In this document: in pieces, positions 1 through 15,500 of the stretch
How the letters are laid out: every line of letters begins with the position of its first letter
Numbering within the stretch: position 1 is the first letter of the stretch
DNA from: Callorhinchus milii
Lineage: Eukaryota
Direction of reading: 5' to 3'
Assembly (NCBI RefSeq): GCF_018977255.1
Contig: NW_024704743.1
Coordinates: 18,292,001-18,356,000 of the forward strand
DNA length: 64,000 bases
The notes under the pieces: model-generated
The model's input: only the letters and a program-made list of their open reading frames with translations
What the model was told of the DNA's origin: nothing
Database searches by the model: none
Translations under genes and position numbers: made by a program

Positions 1-172
1 GCCTCAAAACCCTCCTCTTTGACCATGCCATCGGCCACCGCCCTTCCCCTCCCCTACCTTATGCCTCCTTGACCTCAGCTCAGGTCTGAAATGCTGTACA
101 CTGTCCAGCGCCTTGGGACGTCCTCCCGACGTGAAAGATGCTATGCAAATGTAATCTTCTTGTTGTTGTTGA
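1..172 (+). mobile_element. L2-type LINE 3' end
   Basis: LKTLLF-type ORF end, pyrimidine-rich UTR, ...cgacgtgaaagatgctatgcaaatg, (TTG)n tail. Confidence 0.8.
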
Positions 173-349
173 TTGCCTGATAATAATAATCCTTGCATTT
201 TGATACAGGCTATAATAAAGCTTTGTGTTCGGTTTAGCAGAGTAACAAAAATAGTTCTGCTGCAATTATAAACTGGTAATTTTTATAAGTTTCTCAAAGC
301 TTAGAAAGTTTAGGATCTAGTTCTCCGTTAGAGAAAACTAATGACTTAC

Positions 350-531
350 TCTCAACCTGTTCCGTGCACATACTGAAAGATCATCAATATCCATCACTAG
401 TATTTTGACGTGGATGATGTTGCCTTCTGGAGCAGTGATTGTCCAGTGGTACCTGGCGTTGTTTGGGTAATGGTGAGGCCAGAGGGGAGATGTAATTTGG
501 CCTTGAGTTCCCATAATCTCATTACCGTACA
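350..531 (-). CDS. CUBN: CUBN exon 38-equivalent (CUB13 N-half)
   Basis: 182 nt; [37 protein letters not shown]...CARNRLR; gtaagt donor. Confidence 0.94.
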
Positions 532-3500
532 CTGTAACACATATGTTAAGTCAAGACAAGGCACAGTTATGTAATCAACTGTTTCATTAACTCTACAATA
601 ATATCCATTTAACTATCCTAAACAATTAGTTAAATCATCAAAGCTGGTCAGTGAGGTGCGGGAATCAAATCACTGTTAACTCCAAACTTCTAAGTTATAC
701 AAGTACTGTATTCTAAACAGTCTATAGACATTATATACAATATACATTTTCCTACATAATCTAGACTTTGTGGAAAGACATTAACCAAAATACAAGATGA
801 ATGGTAACCAATAAATATCTGCCACAAACTTAGTTTACTCCCAAATGTATTTGTTTTATATAAGTGAATGCCCTACAGTGCTAATACCATATTGCTGCTA
901 TTATTTGGGGCCTTTCATCACTTTCCCCCTTATTTACTAAAAGTATCCGACTTCTCTTGAGTTATAATTCCATCGACCCCTTCCTGTACGAGATCTAAAC
1001 AGACATTATTCATATATCAAGCTTGACATTGAATCTTGACACTCATTATGCCCAAGATGGTCACCACAGACGAATGTGATCCGGTCTTCACCCAACAGTT
1101 ATATTTTGTAGAAGGGGCTTCTGCCTAGCAATTGTAAGAGGAAACCTTGGGCGAGTTTCTCTTTCTCATTTTTTTGAAGTCACTCAGATGTTCCACATGT
1201 GTGGAAATCCAGGATCATACGTAGGAGCATCCAAACAAGATTGCGAGTTCCACATATGTATGTCACCTACACATAGACATTTCCCCGTGTCTGGAATGGA
1301 TATTCTATCACTAGAGGAACACACCATGCTTACCTAATTCCAGACAACATCAGGTGCAGAAGGCAAGAATCAAGGCTTCAAGGCTTAGGGACCCCTAGAG
1401 TATGCGCTAGGGTATTGGTGGATCTCAACCAGCCAGAACTGCATAGATCAGCAATGAGATCACTGTCTGTAAAGTTTCTTGCTGCTCATCCAGATAGGAT
1501 CATCTTAAGATAACGTTAATTGGAGCCAAGTAAAAAAAATTGCTACTCCTAGTGATTGATCTTCCCCTCCAAGTCCTGCCAATGAGCCAGGCTGGCTGGC
1601 ATTGTCATCAGCAGTTCTCTGGAGTCCTATGGATATGTTGTATTCTTTCTCACCAGGTGTGTTGAAATTGGCTAATTCAAGATAGAACCTGGGTTCTTTG
1701 TGGTGAAAATGGATAAGCTACCCACTGAGTAAACTCACTGAACTATTAGAGGAGGTGAATTTACTTTTAACCTGTCTAACAAATAAATATACACAGTTTA
1801 CAACATCCAGTACTCACAATGAGAAAAGGTGGCCTTGAATCCAGCATCATTTTGTGAACTGTCAGATACAAACTTTACCCACAAGATATGTCCCGTGACT
1901 GATGTGTAATTTTTGGGTAAGGAAGACCCACAAAACTTTCCATATATCTGGCCGGTTGCATTGCCTTCTCGTATTTCAACGTAATCTGAGGCACATGAAG
2001 AACTATCCGCAATCTGAAATGATCTGTTCAATGTAAGATAAGTCGTATTATGTCCTACACAATTATTTACTGAATTTTAAATGTTCAGCATCTCTTACTT
2101 ACTTCAAAGGATCTATTTAACCAAAACCAATTGTCACCGATAGTAGTTTTGCACTGAATTAGGTAACTAAATAAAAACTTTGGTGCCGGTTTCAAACATG
2201 TTTACTTAAATTAGATAAATGCAAATTACATGAAGGAGAGTTGGACACGGTTCCCAGGGGAACCGATGAGGTTCCAGACACACTCATAGTTGGATGGATA
2301 ACTTTCGGGATAGTTAGGACTGTTGAATGCTCCCGTCTCCGAGTGATATGATCCACCGCATGCTGTGAACAGAATCATAACACACAATGCTGGTAAGTAT
2401 TCAAACTCCCATACTCTATAAATAAGTTGAAAATTAATCTGCTCAAAACTACCAAGAAAATGTACAAGGAGGTATAAATTTAAACTCAGAACAGATGTGA
2501 ACACACATTTGTGAATCAGCATAAACACATAAACATAAACACATAGTTATCTTTTTCCAGGTATTGGGCAGATAGTTGGAAAGAATCTACCAGTAGAATG
2601 AGTGTATTTCTTGTAAGAGAAACTTCCATTTAGAGTATTTTTTTGGGTTGGAAACATTACATACTATGTTATACTTTATTTAACTTATTTATTGCCAGAA
2701 TTGATGGTGTTCAGTGTGAACCTAGCCTTTCTAGTTCACACTAAACTGTTGTAAGCAATGTTAAGGATTTTTTTGGTCTGACCTGGATCTTTAGAAGATC
2801 TTCCCACCCAGTAAAATGTCATTTTGTTCTTGAGATTTGTGTCTTAGACCTGGGACCCGAACCTCTATCATAGTACAAAATTATGCTGACATTATCTGGG
2901 GCATTTTACTTCTATTTTAAAAATAAGGCCATAAAAATGCTATTACAACAAAAATACCTTACCACGCTCTCTAAGCGTGGCTCACACCACACACCACAAA
3001 TTATGGATTTAAAATCAGTAGTAATTTATGCTCATGCTAGTTTAAGGAATACCGCAAATTTTATCCCGACAACCTGGTTTTAAGAGGAATTTCTCTGTAA
3101 ACTGCGGTATTTCACAATGTTATAAGGATTCTGGACATTTCTGTGAACTCTTCAATATCAAACTTTTACTTCCTAGATCCTCCAGGGTGGGGTGGACGGA
3201 CACGAATGTCAGAATCGAGTCAACCCTCTTTGTTTGTCTTGGTTCCTGAGCCAGGTGGATCCACAGTACCCCAGAACGCTCCTGTCAGCCATTAGGAATC
3301 AGGAGGGGCAGACTCATCACTGTAAGGATCCTTCCCAATGGGTAGGTCTGAGCTGAGCAACTAATAGGAAGCTTGTCATAATCTGTTTTCCAGGTAAAGT
3401 AACAGCAGTTTATTTCACTTTACTCTCTTCAGTCTCTCTTTACTAGATCTTCACTGAGATTTAGAGGTGCAGTCCTACCTGAGTTGGAAGCAGCATATGT

Positions 3501-6500
3501 GGTTCGGAAACCTTTGTCTGATTTGCCACTGTTAGAGACAAAGTTGACAACCAAAGCATTACTCTCTGATGTGATGGGTTGAAGGATAGTGGCACCACAG
3601 TAACGACCTGAAACATATAGAAGGAAATTATGGAAAGCCAAAACATTCTGAACCTTATTATTGTACTGATCAAGCTGAAAAGTGGACAGGGGAGAAACTA
3701 TTCTCTGGAGGTTGGAGAACAGAGCATGTTGTGGTCTCCAGAAGTATTGTGTTAAACACAAAACAAATGCAAATTCTATCATTGTAATGATTGTCACCAG
3801 TGGCAATTCTGATAATTATTACATTGATTGTAAATAAACCTTACTAACTATGCTCTATTATTTTAGCTCTATACAAGATCTTCACAAGATCAGTTTGGAT
3901 GAAGATAGCTCCTTTGATCTCATTTGAACACCAATAAAGTCATCTTAGATCACCATTTCATCTTCCTTAACTCCTCAATCTCTCGCCCCACCACCACCCA
4001 ACCCACCTCCATCTCCTACCCCACCTTGAAAAGAATCTCCCCACACTCCCTCTCCGTCATCTGAACTCCTTTCCCTCTGGCCTGCCTTCCACAACGACTT
4101 ATCCTCCTCGGTGACTCTCCTCCACAATTCCCTCTCCAACATTCTCGATGCCCATGTCCCCGTCACCTCCACCCTCGCCTCCACTAAATCGTCCTTCAAC
4201 CCCAGGCTCCTCTTCCCCATACCAACTGGCTCCTCCATCCACCTTCTCACCCTTCACCCATCCTCTCCTCCAACTACAACTGCGAGGAGATGCTGTATTT
4301 CCTTCAGACCAAAATCGAGGGGATCTGTTCAGCCACCTCTGGCCTCCCAACCATCAATCTCTCCCCATCTCTCTCTCACACTCTACCACTGCCTAACCCT
4401 CAGGTCACCCAAACCCTCATATATGCCTTCATTACATCCAAAATCGATTATGCCAACGCCCTGCTTGTCGGCCTTCCCAACTCTTCATTCCACAAGCTAC
4501 AGTCTATTCAAAACTCTGCATCTCACACCAGGCTCTGTGACCCCATCACGCCCACTCTCGCTCGGCTCCACTGGCTCCCCATCCCTCAGAGGATTGAGTT
4601 CAAAATTCTCATCTTCATGGCCCTCCATGGCCTTACCCCCTCCTACCTCTCCAACCTGCTAACCCTATTAACCTGTCCTCTCCCTCTGCTCAGCAGGCTC
4701 CGGCCTGCTCCATGTCCCCTGCCCAGCATGCTCCACCATCGGAAATCAGACCTTCAGCCTCTCTGCTCCCATCCTCTGGAACTCCATCCCATATTCCTTT
4801 TGCCTTGCTCCCTTTCTTGCCTCCTTCAAGGCACACCTCAAGAAACTCCTCTTCGACCTTCAGTCACCCTCTCAACCGAACCCCCCCCCCACTCGGGTCC
4901 TAATCCCTGACTGTTCAGCACCTCGGGGCATCCTCCCAACTTGAAAGGCGCTTTACAAATGTAATTTTGTATTGTATCCCTACAGAATATCCACCCTACC
5001 ATCCTAGTATCACAGCTGCACGCTGTTTTTAAATGAGTCCAGTTTCCTGGCCTCAACCATCCTTCCTGCCAACCTGTTACAGCTGTTAATTATCGTTGAG
5101 AAACTTCCTGGTATCTGCCCTTTGTCTACTCTTTACTTACCGATAGGAGGAGCTTCATAGTTGTCCCCGTCTAAGATCTGCAAAGCATCTGTTGAGCAAT
5201 TCTTCCCATTGCTTTCAATTGCAAAGTCCGTAAAAGAGAGGGTAACGTGTTTAACTGAACAGGAAAACAAAAAACACACACACAGCTCAAGTTCAGTGAA
5301 TCAGTAAAGATGCTCAATATTAAAAACACAAGGGCTTACTTTTCTTGTGGTTTATTCTACATATTTGTTCTCATGGAGGCATTTGGAAAATTTCTCCTGT
5401 AAACAGTCTAGCACTACATATAATTCACCTGCACAATATACAGTCACTATACTTTACAGTATATCCTGTGAGGCACTTTGAGGCATCCTGAGACTTGAAA
5501 GGGGCTATATCAAAAACAAGGATTATTATAATCATTTTGTTGTTTCAGTATCTCTATTGATTCCACAGTTGTGCATTTCGCCCACAAATATACAGTCAAT
5601 TCACTCTATAGTATATTCTGTGAACAGCTTTGAGACGCTTAGAAGACGTGAAAAGTGCTATATCAAATTCAAGGATTATTATTATTAGGTAAATGAAATA
5701 TTTAATTTTAGATATTGCTGAAAAATAGAGGCAGTATTCATTACGTGTGAAATCACCTAAACTGCAAAATATGAAAGTTATGTCTGGAATGCGGAAGTAC
5801 TTAAACAACCAAACGATTTGATGCATTTATATGGGAATTGTTTTGTCCCTCAATAAATTGAAGTTTAGTAATATCTGGAACTCTCTCCCAAAGTCTCTTG
5901 GTCACCCAAATTCCCTTAAAAGAACATCCCTTTGACCATTCCAATGACAGCCTCAAAATCCCCTTTCTGCTCTCCCGGTTCAGTTGACAGTCATTGTCTT
6001 ATGTAAAGCATTTTGAGACATTATTGTCCATGAAAGGCCATATACAAGTGCAAGTCATCTCGTATTCACTACAGTTGTTCTGATCTCATGGGATATTCTG
6101 AACAGCACCTGAAATATGAGGTTAAAGCAGAATGTTTGCAATTAATATAACGCTTTATCATATTGAACCGTCTTAAGCCTCTTTACAAAAGATTTTGTAA
6201 AATGAAGTGACTGTATTGGTAGGTAAATGTGAAAGTTTATTGGCACACAGCGGTGTCCCACAACAGCCATGGAGTGAACGACCTGTTTTATTTGGGGGAT
6301 TGTTGTCCAGGATACAAGGAAATCCCTTGTCTTATTCAATAGCGCTATGGGATCTTTAATGGCTGCCTGAACATGCAGATGGGATCTTGGGTTTAATGTC
6401 TCCTGACAGTTCAGTACTGCACCCAGCACTTAGGTGAGAGTGCTATCAACTGAGCCGGGCTGGCACCAAGGTTGTGAAACTTCACATCAAAGTACTTAAC

Positions 6501-9500
6501 ATTGAGTGTGATCACACTGAGCAAGATGTGAGAGGAAACGAGAGGTTGAAGAGTTAAGACTCTTAGCAGGTTACGAGAATCAGTGAGCATAGCAAAATGA
6601 GTTTGAAAGAGCATTCCAGGGAACAGGGGTGTGGTGTCTGAAGGTTTGATCTCTTATGGTGGAATAAAGGGACAGCACTAAGGCTACAGTTTTGAGTGAA
6701 TGCTTAGCAACAATACAGTGACTGAAACAAAATGTGGATGGTGATTGATTTCCATATTAGAAAACCACATGCTTTAAGGGAAAATTATTCAGCCCTATCC
6801 AATGCAAGTATATGGGGGGAAAAAAAANTTTCTTATTGGAGCTTTGTGAGGGCATGCATTATGTGGGAATGTACAGGACTAGAAAATAAAAACTATGGTA
6901 GATCCGAGTTTAAAGAAAATCGCTACTCAATGGGCAACCATGTAAAATTTCAAAATCTGTTCTTTGTGTTAATTAACACAGGGTCACATAATTAATAATA
7001 ATCCTTGCATTTGATATAGAACCTTATCAGGTTTTCGAGACGTCTCAAAGTGCTTCACAGAATATACTGTAAAGTGAATTGACTGTATAATTTTGGGGCA
7101 AAATGCCGCAGCCAATTGTGCACAGCAGTGTCCCAGAAAAAGTCATGGATTGAAGTGACCAATTTATTATTTTGTTTTGAAGGAAATATTACCACCAGGA
7201 AAGTGATCCGCCATTCCACTAACAACAGGGTTCCTACTTATTCTAGGTAAACAAGCATGTGAAGTAAGGAAACTTGTCCAACATTTCGCCCTGCCGGGAA
7301 TTGAACCCAGGTCTCTCGCTTTCGAGGCGAGTGCTCTAACCACTGAGTTACAGGACTCCACATTATCGAACCCTGAATACCTCATGCGATGGCCAATAAG
7401 TGATCTGCCAATTATCTCAACGCCTGCTCCTGGGGCCATCACCTTCAATGTTAATGCCTGGAGCTGCCTCAGATCTTCTGTTATTAAAATCTGTGTCCGA
7501 TCAACAGGTCTGTTATCACCAGCGTTAAAGTAAGAAATTTAAGTTTGCAGTATTCAGTAATGCATTCCTTGCGTTAATTATCGCTGCAAAATTTCCTCCA
7601 CTTATGCTCCTTAACTGATTTATTTACCACGTAACTTACTGGCACAATCCACCTCCGTCAGCAAGTACTTTTTTTCCACACACGTTCACCACTGGCTGTG
7701 TGAACTACTTGGAATGTTACTTACATGGTTCCTGGGCTTGAATGATCCAGCTGCAGTTCTGATTGTCTGGATAGTTATTGGGATACAGAGGTGATGTGAT
7801 GACTCCTCCAATATTATCAGTGACAATGAAAGTCCCGCATACTGTAAACAAGACAGAATGTGAGAAAGGGCATTGCAGACGTTTGAGGGGGAAAGGAGGG
7901 AGATGACAAATTGCATTAATTTTGCATTACAAATGCTTAGATTGGACTTGCCTTGATTAAATTGTGCTCTGAAACCCTTGTTCTTGACATTGCTTTCTGA
8001 GAGGAAATGCACATACATGACATTGCTGGTGGATGTGAAACCTCCTGGAATCTTGCCATCACAGATCTTTTCTATCAGGGGGTCACCTTGATTTGAACCA
8101 TCATGAACCTGCAAAAGAGGCAGCAGCTACATTAGGTAAAATGTTGAATGTATGTCAGGATTTTTTGGGGTCAGACAGGTGTCTGATACATACGGAAACC
8201 CATCACCATAATTTAGAATAGCCAAACTAAACAAAATTCCATGCAGCCCACTGTACATGGAAATTCCAGAGATATTTATTGGAATCAATCATGCACTTGA
8301 ATTCCAGAGAGTATTAGGTGCAGGGTGGCAAGAGCCAAGACTTGGGGATCCCAGAGTGTGCGTTGGGGTATTGCTGGAGGCTAACCAGCTAAAACTGCAA
8401 ACCCTATCCGTTTGGACTTCAGCTTGCAGGATTCACAGGAGCTGAATGAGAAAAGTCCCTGTCCCCAGGATTGATCTGCACTTCCATGACCTGCTGATGA
8501 AACAAGCTGACTGGGCTGTCATCAGCAGTGCCCTAGTATACCGTGGACTCGTCTGACTCAAGAATTGTATTACAGAGACCGCCACAGAGGGTTCACTCGA
8601 TTCTGACATTCCATTGCCAAAAATTTCATCTGCAGCCAGTTCAGCTCCAAGGATAGTTAGGAGGACATTTCATAGAGCTTCACAGGTTATATTGTAAAGT
8701 GTAGTGACTGTAATTTGTAGGTGAATGCACCAGCCAATTTGAGCACAGCAATATCCCACAAACAGCCATGAAGTGAGGGATTTTTGGCCAGGACACCAGG
8801 AGAAGCTCCCTTCTCTTTTGAATAATGTATAATAACAATAATTCTTGCATTGATATAGCGTCTTACCATGTCATTGAGATGCCTCAAAGCGCTTTCCAGG
8901 ATATATTGTAAAGTGTAGTGACTGTACATTTTGTGGGCGAAACAGGGCAGCCAATTGTGCAAGGCAGTATCCCACAAACAGTTGTGGATTGAGTAATCAG
9001 ATTATTATTATTTTTGGAGGGATTATTACCCCTGGAAAAGCGATCCATCAATCAATTAACAACCAGGTTCCTACTTACTACTAGGTAAATGGAAGGCTGT
9101 GATCTTTAACATCTGCCTGAACATGCAAACAGAACCTCAGTTAATGTCTCATCTGAAGGATAGCACAGCACCTCCAGCAATTAATGCTTCCTCGGCACTG
9201 CACTGAAGTGTCAGCATAGACTATCAGCTCAAAGTCCTGAAGTGGGGTTTCAGCATTTCTATTAGAACTGCGCTTGGGCATGGGACACTAAACTATAGTC
9301 TTCAATAGAAGTACACAGTCAGCACTCTGCACATATTATCCCCATCTTTAAGACTCCTTCAAATGGATTTCCAAGTGCATGTAACTGACTCTCAGGATTT
9401 GTGATCTAATTTTGAAATGCCCGCATGTTTAAATTATATTTCGCCTCCAATTTTTGGAATGTGGTCAGTGGAAGAAAAGAGCATTTCAATAGACTTTAAA

Positions 9501-12500
9501 ATCAGCCTGGAGAAGCTCAGGATCAGGAAAACTAGACCCTCTGCCTTTGATTTTGAACTGAGATACAAGAGGCTGCCACTGACTGACTATTTCTGCTTAG
9601 CAGGTTTCCTTTCCCTCTCGGGGATGAGAGATGCTGATATTGCACTGCTGTCCTAATGGAACCCACTGACAAACACTGCATTCAGCATTCCAGTTAATAG
9701 GCATACTGACTCAATATTTAACACAGCTAGATAGTCAATTGGTTCATTTTGATTACTTTAGAAATCTTAACTGAGTAACAACAATGCTTTGGGTTGTCCT
9801 CCTGACGTGAAACTTCCCAAATCATACAATTAATTGGATTCATAATTTCCAGATTTACCAAAGGACGAGTAATTAGTGTAGCATGGATACTTCCTGGATA
9901 TATCAGAGCCAACTTTCTGGGAATATGCTCGGACACTAACATCATGAAAGTTGAAGCCGAAGTTGATGTCTGTGTGGATTTCCAAAGGGTTGGCAATGAA
10001 ACATTTTGGATTTCCAATATAAATCCCACATTATCCTCCAGGGCGTGGGGAAATTAAGCAGTGATTCCTTGGAGCTGAGCTGGCTCCAGGCTGACATGCT
10101 TGGCAACAGGATGTCAGAATTGAGTCAACCCTCTGTGGTGGTTTCGGATATCCGGTTCCCGAGCCAGATGGGATTGGATTACTCCAGGGTACTGCTGATG
10201 ACAGCATAGCTAGGCTAAATTATTGGCAGCACTTGAGGAACTGGGACTCTTCCCACATAGCCTCTGTTAACCCTGCAAGCCAAATCCCTAATGGGTCAGG
10301 TGGTCCTAGCTGGACAAGTGGCAGAAGCTTGCCAGACAATAACATGACCGACAAGCTATGTGGGTTTAGCTGGCTTGACTCGAGCAATACTCCAATGCAC
10401 ATTATGGGGTCTTGACCATTGTCAACATGGACCTACTACTTTCCAGAATTAGATAAGCAGCATGCATCCCTCTAGGGCGAGTGTGTGCCATTCCATTCCA
10501 GACCCAGGGAAATATCCATGTGCAGGTGGCATACATATGTAGAACTTTCAGTTTTAGTGTAAATTCTAAGCACAGTGATGGATTTCTGAATGTGTCATAC
10601 ACCAGAAAAATCCAACAATTTATCTGCAAAACTCTGCGTAAAGGGAAGCTTCAGTATAGAAGTACAGTTTAGGAGTTGTATAGCTTCACCCCTGAAGTGC
10701 CAAATATCTCTAAATCATGTCATTATTTTAATGTTCTCATTGGATTGCTTCACTGAGCCGATGTACTGAAGTTTCCCTTGAAGTCCATCTGCTCATAATA
10801 CTGTTCTCAGGGGGCATCAATCTCTTTAATGAATGACTTCAGGCCACATTTTGCTCTATCCATGGTCCCCAGGTGTTAGACAAAATGTAGCAACTGCTCA
10901 GCTGAAACAAAGCCAAAGGTCTGATTCTCCACGTGTCCAGTTCCCAGACTATTTTGGTGATCAGGGGAAGGATAAAGGAGAGGTCAACAGCTTATCCACA
11001 GGAAAGAACAGGTTAGGCCAGGGCAAGCCCTGCAAGCAAGCAATTTAACTGTCTGAAAGACCTGTATAAAAAACTGAAATGAAAGAGGGAATCAACGAAA
11101 AATATGACTTTAAGGTGAACAACAGTTCAGATTTTAGCACTCGGATTTTAGGGCTTTTTTGGAAAGTTGTGGAATCATAGAATCTAAAACTAGTCATTGC
11201 ATTTGATATTGGATGACTCAAAATGCTTCACATCATTTTATGGTAAAGTTTGTATATTTGTAGATGAGAGCAACAGCAAATTTGTGCACAGCACTGTCCC
11301 CCGAATAGCTGTTAAGCAAATGACCAAATCGGCCACAAGATTCCCCACAAACTGTTTTGCTCCCTTGCATTTCCAACCAGTGTCTAAATACACAGAAACC
11401 ACAGCATCAACTTATATAAACTATGGAGCTGACAGCATGCCTTCAGCCCACTGCGTCCATGCTGGTGTTGCTCCCCCACTGGAATGGCCTGTTCTAATCG
11501 GATTCCTCTGCCCTTTCCACATACCCTTTGGTATTTCTATAGTTTATCCAATTCCCTTTTAGGCATTGTTATATGCTTCGTTTTGACAACCATTTACGCT
11601 GAGGCTTTCTAATATTTTAAAATCCTCTGTATTCAGAAGAATCTCAAACTCCCCTATTTGTTTCCCAAATGGATTATATTACACATTTAGCCTCAACATA
11701 CTCAAGACATGCAGCTGCTCAGAAAGACTGACTTATGGCTGTGGTGAACGACCTGGTATTTATGAACATGAGCTTTCATTATTAATAGCTAGAATTTTAA
11801 AAGAAATTGTAAAAACTTGTTTCACTTCATCCACAAACAGCCACACATTGAAGGGGTTCTCCTATCTCCTATCTCAGATATTAAAGTTTAAAAGGGACAG
11901 CTTTTCAAACTATTTATGCAAGCATAACCATAGTTTTGTACCAATGAAGGGGTTAAAGTGTATGAAGGTTAAAGTGAACATGTGTTTCCAATTCTATTTT
12001 CTGAGACTGGATTGCAGTTCCCTCTTAATTTATACTCCGCACTACATTTCCTTTCATTTGCAATCAGGGAAACCGACACATCTGGTGCCATGTACAGTAT
12101 ATTTAATCTAACTCTCGACAAAACTTGTCTTCCATCCCTTGTGTAAACCATCCAGAAACTCTTTACAGCTGTCCCACTGGCAATGATTCACATAGAGAGA
12201 GACATAACTAATTTCAAAGAATTTAAGAAAGCAGAAGCATATTCTATTTTACCATTTCTTGATTTTATTTTGAATACCACGGTAGATTTCTGTGTTCACT
12301 GAAATTGTGCCATAACTAAAATGGAATCACTACCATTAATCATACTTATTTTTAAAATAAATGAAAACCTCACAATAACAGGATGCCAGTGAGGGCAGAA
12401 CAATACTTTGTTTCCACTCAGACATTTAATTGAGCCTTTGCTGTAATGCACCAAACCAGCTCAGAGGAAGCAACCTCCTATTGAAGGAAGTGACACTGGA

Positions 12501-15500
12501 AATAGTTTCAAGAATGAGGTTCTCTGGTTTAACTTACAAGCATATGGTCTGACATTTTCAGCTAAGACATCATAAGGGTTTAGTTTTAAATAGAACAATT
12601 GTCTCATAAGTTAATTTGGGCTGAGTTTAAGTGAAAGATGGACATATGAGTAAGTTGCCCAAATTCATTTCAGTTACAACCAGAATTTTTATCCAAATTG
12701 TATATCTAGCAGTGTCTATCACTATTTTTTTTTACTAGGTGGTTTAAAACATTGTGTGAAGCCTATTCCAGTTGCTGACCCTCTTACCTTTAAGTCAAAA
12801 ACTGTGGGTTCTTCACAGTCTTGGTTGACACATCAGTGCAATGCCTGGGGTATGCTGAATGATCGCAGGTGCCATCCTTCGAATGAGATATTAAACCAGG
12901 GACACATCCGCCAGAATTTAAAAATCCATGGTACCATTCAAAAAGTGAGGGGAGTTTTCCCCAATGCCCTGGCCAACATTCCCCAAGATAACATTGGACA
13001 TTCACTTCATGGCTGTTTCCAGGGCATTGCTGAGGGACAATTGGCTTGGGGGTGGGGCGGGAGGTGGCAGGGAAGAGCTGCCTACAAATACACAGTCTGT
13101 ATTTGCCTGGCATTTGCTTACTACTGGTTTGATGCAAGACAACAGTTTCTGCTGTTTTCTAACAATAAGCGGAGGATGAGTCTAATCGGTGATACAGCAA
13201 CAAAAACTTGCACTTATATAGCGCACTCCATGCAGGGTAACAATGGCAGAGCCTAACTCCGAGCCGGTGGGGGGGGGAGGTGGCCATAAGCACAGTCAAA
13301 GAGGAAGATCTTCAGGCAAGACTTGAAAAGGGGAGCGAGGGGGCAAGGCGGAGGGATTGAAGGAGGGTAGATTGGGGAGTGAGGAGTTCGGAGAGGTAGG
13401 GAGGTGCAAGGGAGTGAAGGGATTTGAACACGTGTGAGGATCTTGAAGTCAATTCGTTTGGTGATGGGGAGCTAGTATAGCCTGGCCAGAACTGGTGAGA
13501 TGTGGAGTCCTGTAGCTCAGTGGTTAGAGCACTCGCTTTGCAAGCGAGAGACCTGAGTTCAATTCCAGGCAGGGCGAAACCTTGGGCAAGTTTCCTTACT
13601 CCACACGCCTAATAATAATCCCTCCAAAACTAAAAATAATAACAAATTGGTCATTTTCAATCTACGACTGTTTGTGGGACATTGCTGTGCGCAATTGGCT
13701 GCCGCATTCGCCCACAAATATACAGTCAATTCACTTTTCAATAGTGGAGCTGGGGGGGACCGGCGAGGAGTGTGTTTGAGTAATCCAAGAGGGAGGTGAC
13801 AAATGCATGCACCAGGGTTTCGGCTGCATTTGGGGTAAGGTATGGTCGAAGGTGAGCAATGTGGTGGAAGTGGAAGAAGGCGGTCCTGGTCAGGGACTGG
13901 ATGAGGTGGAGGAAGGACAGCTAGGTGTCGAACTGGATGCCTAGATTGCGCACTGGTTCGGTGAGTCCGAGGGAGAGCCCTGGGAGGTTGGAGTTCAGAT
14001 CCGCAGGAGTGAAGACATTGACGGGAGCCAAGGAGTATGGCATAACATGCATTCCTGCTTTTCCACAGTTCTGGATTGTCACTCCGTTTTTTAAGTCATG
14101 GTCCCTATTACTTCCTTTTTCACTGTCTCCTTAGCTGCCTCCTCCATAAGATGCAATTCATACACAATTTTGAAGCCCATAATTTCTCTTGTACCAAATT
14201 CCACACTCCTCTGTTACACCCTTTCTTGCCAGTTTCCAGTGGCTTCAATATTCCAGCAGATCGTTGTCACAAATCCCTTCATAATCTTGCCCACCTCTAC
14301 CTCTGCAATCCTCAATTTGTCTGCCTGTAGCCTGTACTCGTCCAACATTGATCTACTGCTTATTCCTCACACTCTGTGTGCCACCATCACTTACTGAGGC
14401 TTCAGACTCAGAATGCCCTCATTCTCTGAACTCTCTCCCAAAGCTCCTTTGCCTTGATGTTTCTTGGTTTCAAATCCCTTTTAAAAGCCTAGCTTGTTCA
14501 CTGTGTTTTGGGTCAACTTCCTAAATTCTACTTCTCATCTCTGAAGCGCTTTGAGACCTTCACCCTATGTGTGCTATTATTTTATAACCACTTTAAATAT
14601 TATGTTATTAATAATAACATACATAGATTAAATAACTCCATTGGTGATGAACATATTTAATTGTAACTTCCTTGTACTTACAGCTATGTAGGCAGAGTCA
14701 CAGGATTGACGATTCTCAGTGTCAAAGTCAGTGAAGTTAAGGAAAACACGATAATGGGTGTCCACAGTAATAACCCAGGAACAATCCACATTGTTGCCAT
14801 AAGGATTGGGAAAGTTTGGTGAGTGGATCTCTCCTTTAGGAGCTACGAAATTCCCTCCGCAACCTGAAGGCAAAGCAATGTTTGAAATTAAAGGAGTTTA
14901 TACCTTGGAAGCAGAGGGAACAGGATGGTGTTTGCTAAACTGAAATAGCATTGTACATGCAATAGCAAGTCTGTCATTACAAATTCAGTATGGTACAAAT
15001 ATATGGTTTATGCTCCTTAACTACATAAATGGAACACAAATACATAAACAAATGGAAACACAGACCAGTTCTAGCATCTTCTTCTAAAAGGTGCTGAAAT
15101 GGGCTGGTTTCTAATCATACACAGGTGAATGTATTAACAAATATGCTGCAGACAAGTGTGTAAATGGTAGAGACCCCATCACCTTCTTGATACTTCCAGA
15201 ACTCATCTTTCTGACAGTGACTATCCTCCTGGGGAACGGTGGGTTGGGCATAGAAGAAAGCTACGTGGAGTTTCTTTAGGGCTGAACTGGCTGAAAGGTG
15301 ACACAATTGGCAACAGAATGTTGGGACTTAGTTAGCCCTCTGTAACCTCTGTTGTCTTGTTCCTGAACCAGTCTAGCAGATTTGCAGTACTTCAAGGCAC
15401 TGCTGAAGTCAGACCAGACAGTCTGGCAGGACTTGAAGGGGCAGACCAGTCACTGGGCGAAGGATTCTTCCCACTTAGCTCCTATTAACCCTACAAGCTA

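Noticed and set aside
4111..4910. Long overlapping ORFs (183 and 206 aa) as a nested gene
   Set aside because: They are frames of a decayed L2 ORF2 C-terminus in C-rich sequence.
6821..6828. N within an A-run
   Set aside because: Assembly ambiguity, not biology; used only as evidence of homopolymer uncertainty.
13502..13575. tRNA-Ala(TGC)-like gene (also near 7290-7360, 39105-39173, 45270-45340, 51380-51453)
   Set aside because: Each is followed by a shared SINE body and the acceptor stem is imperfect; these are SINE heads, not tRNA genes.
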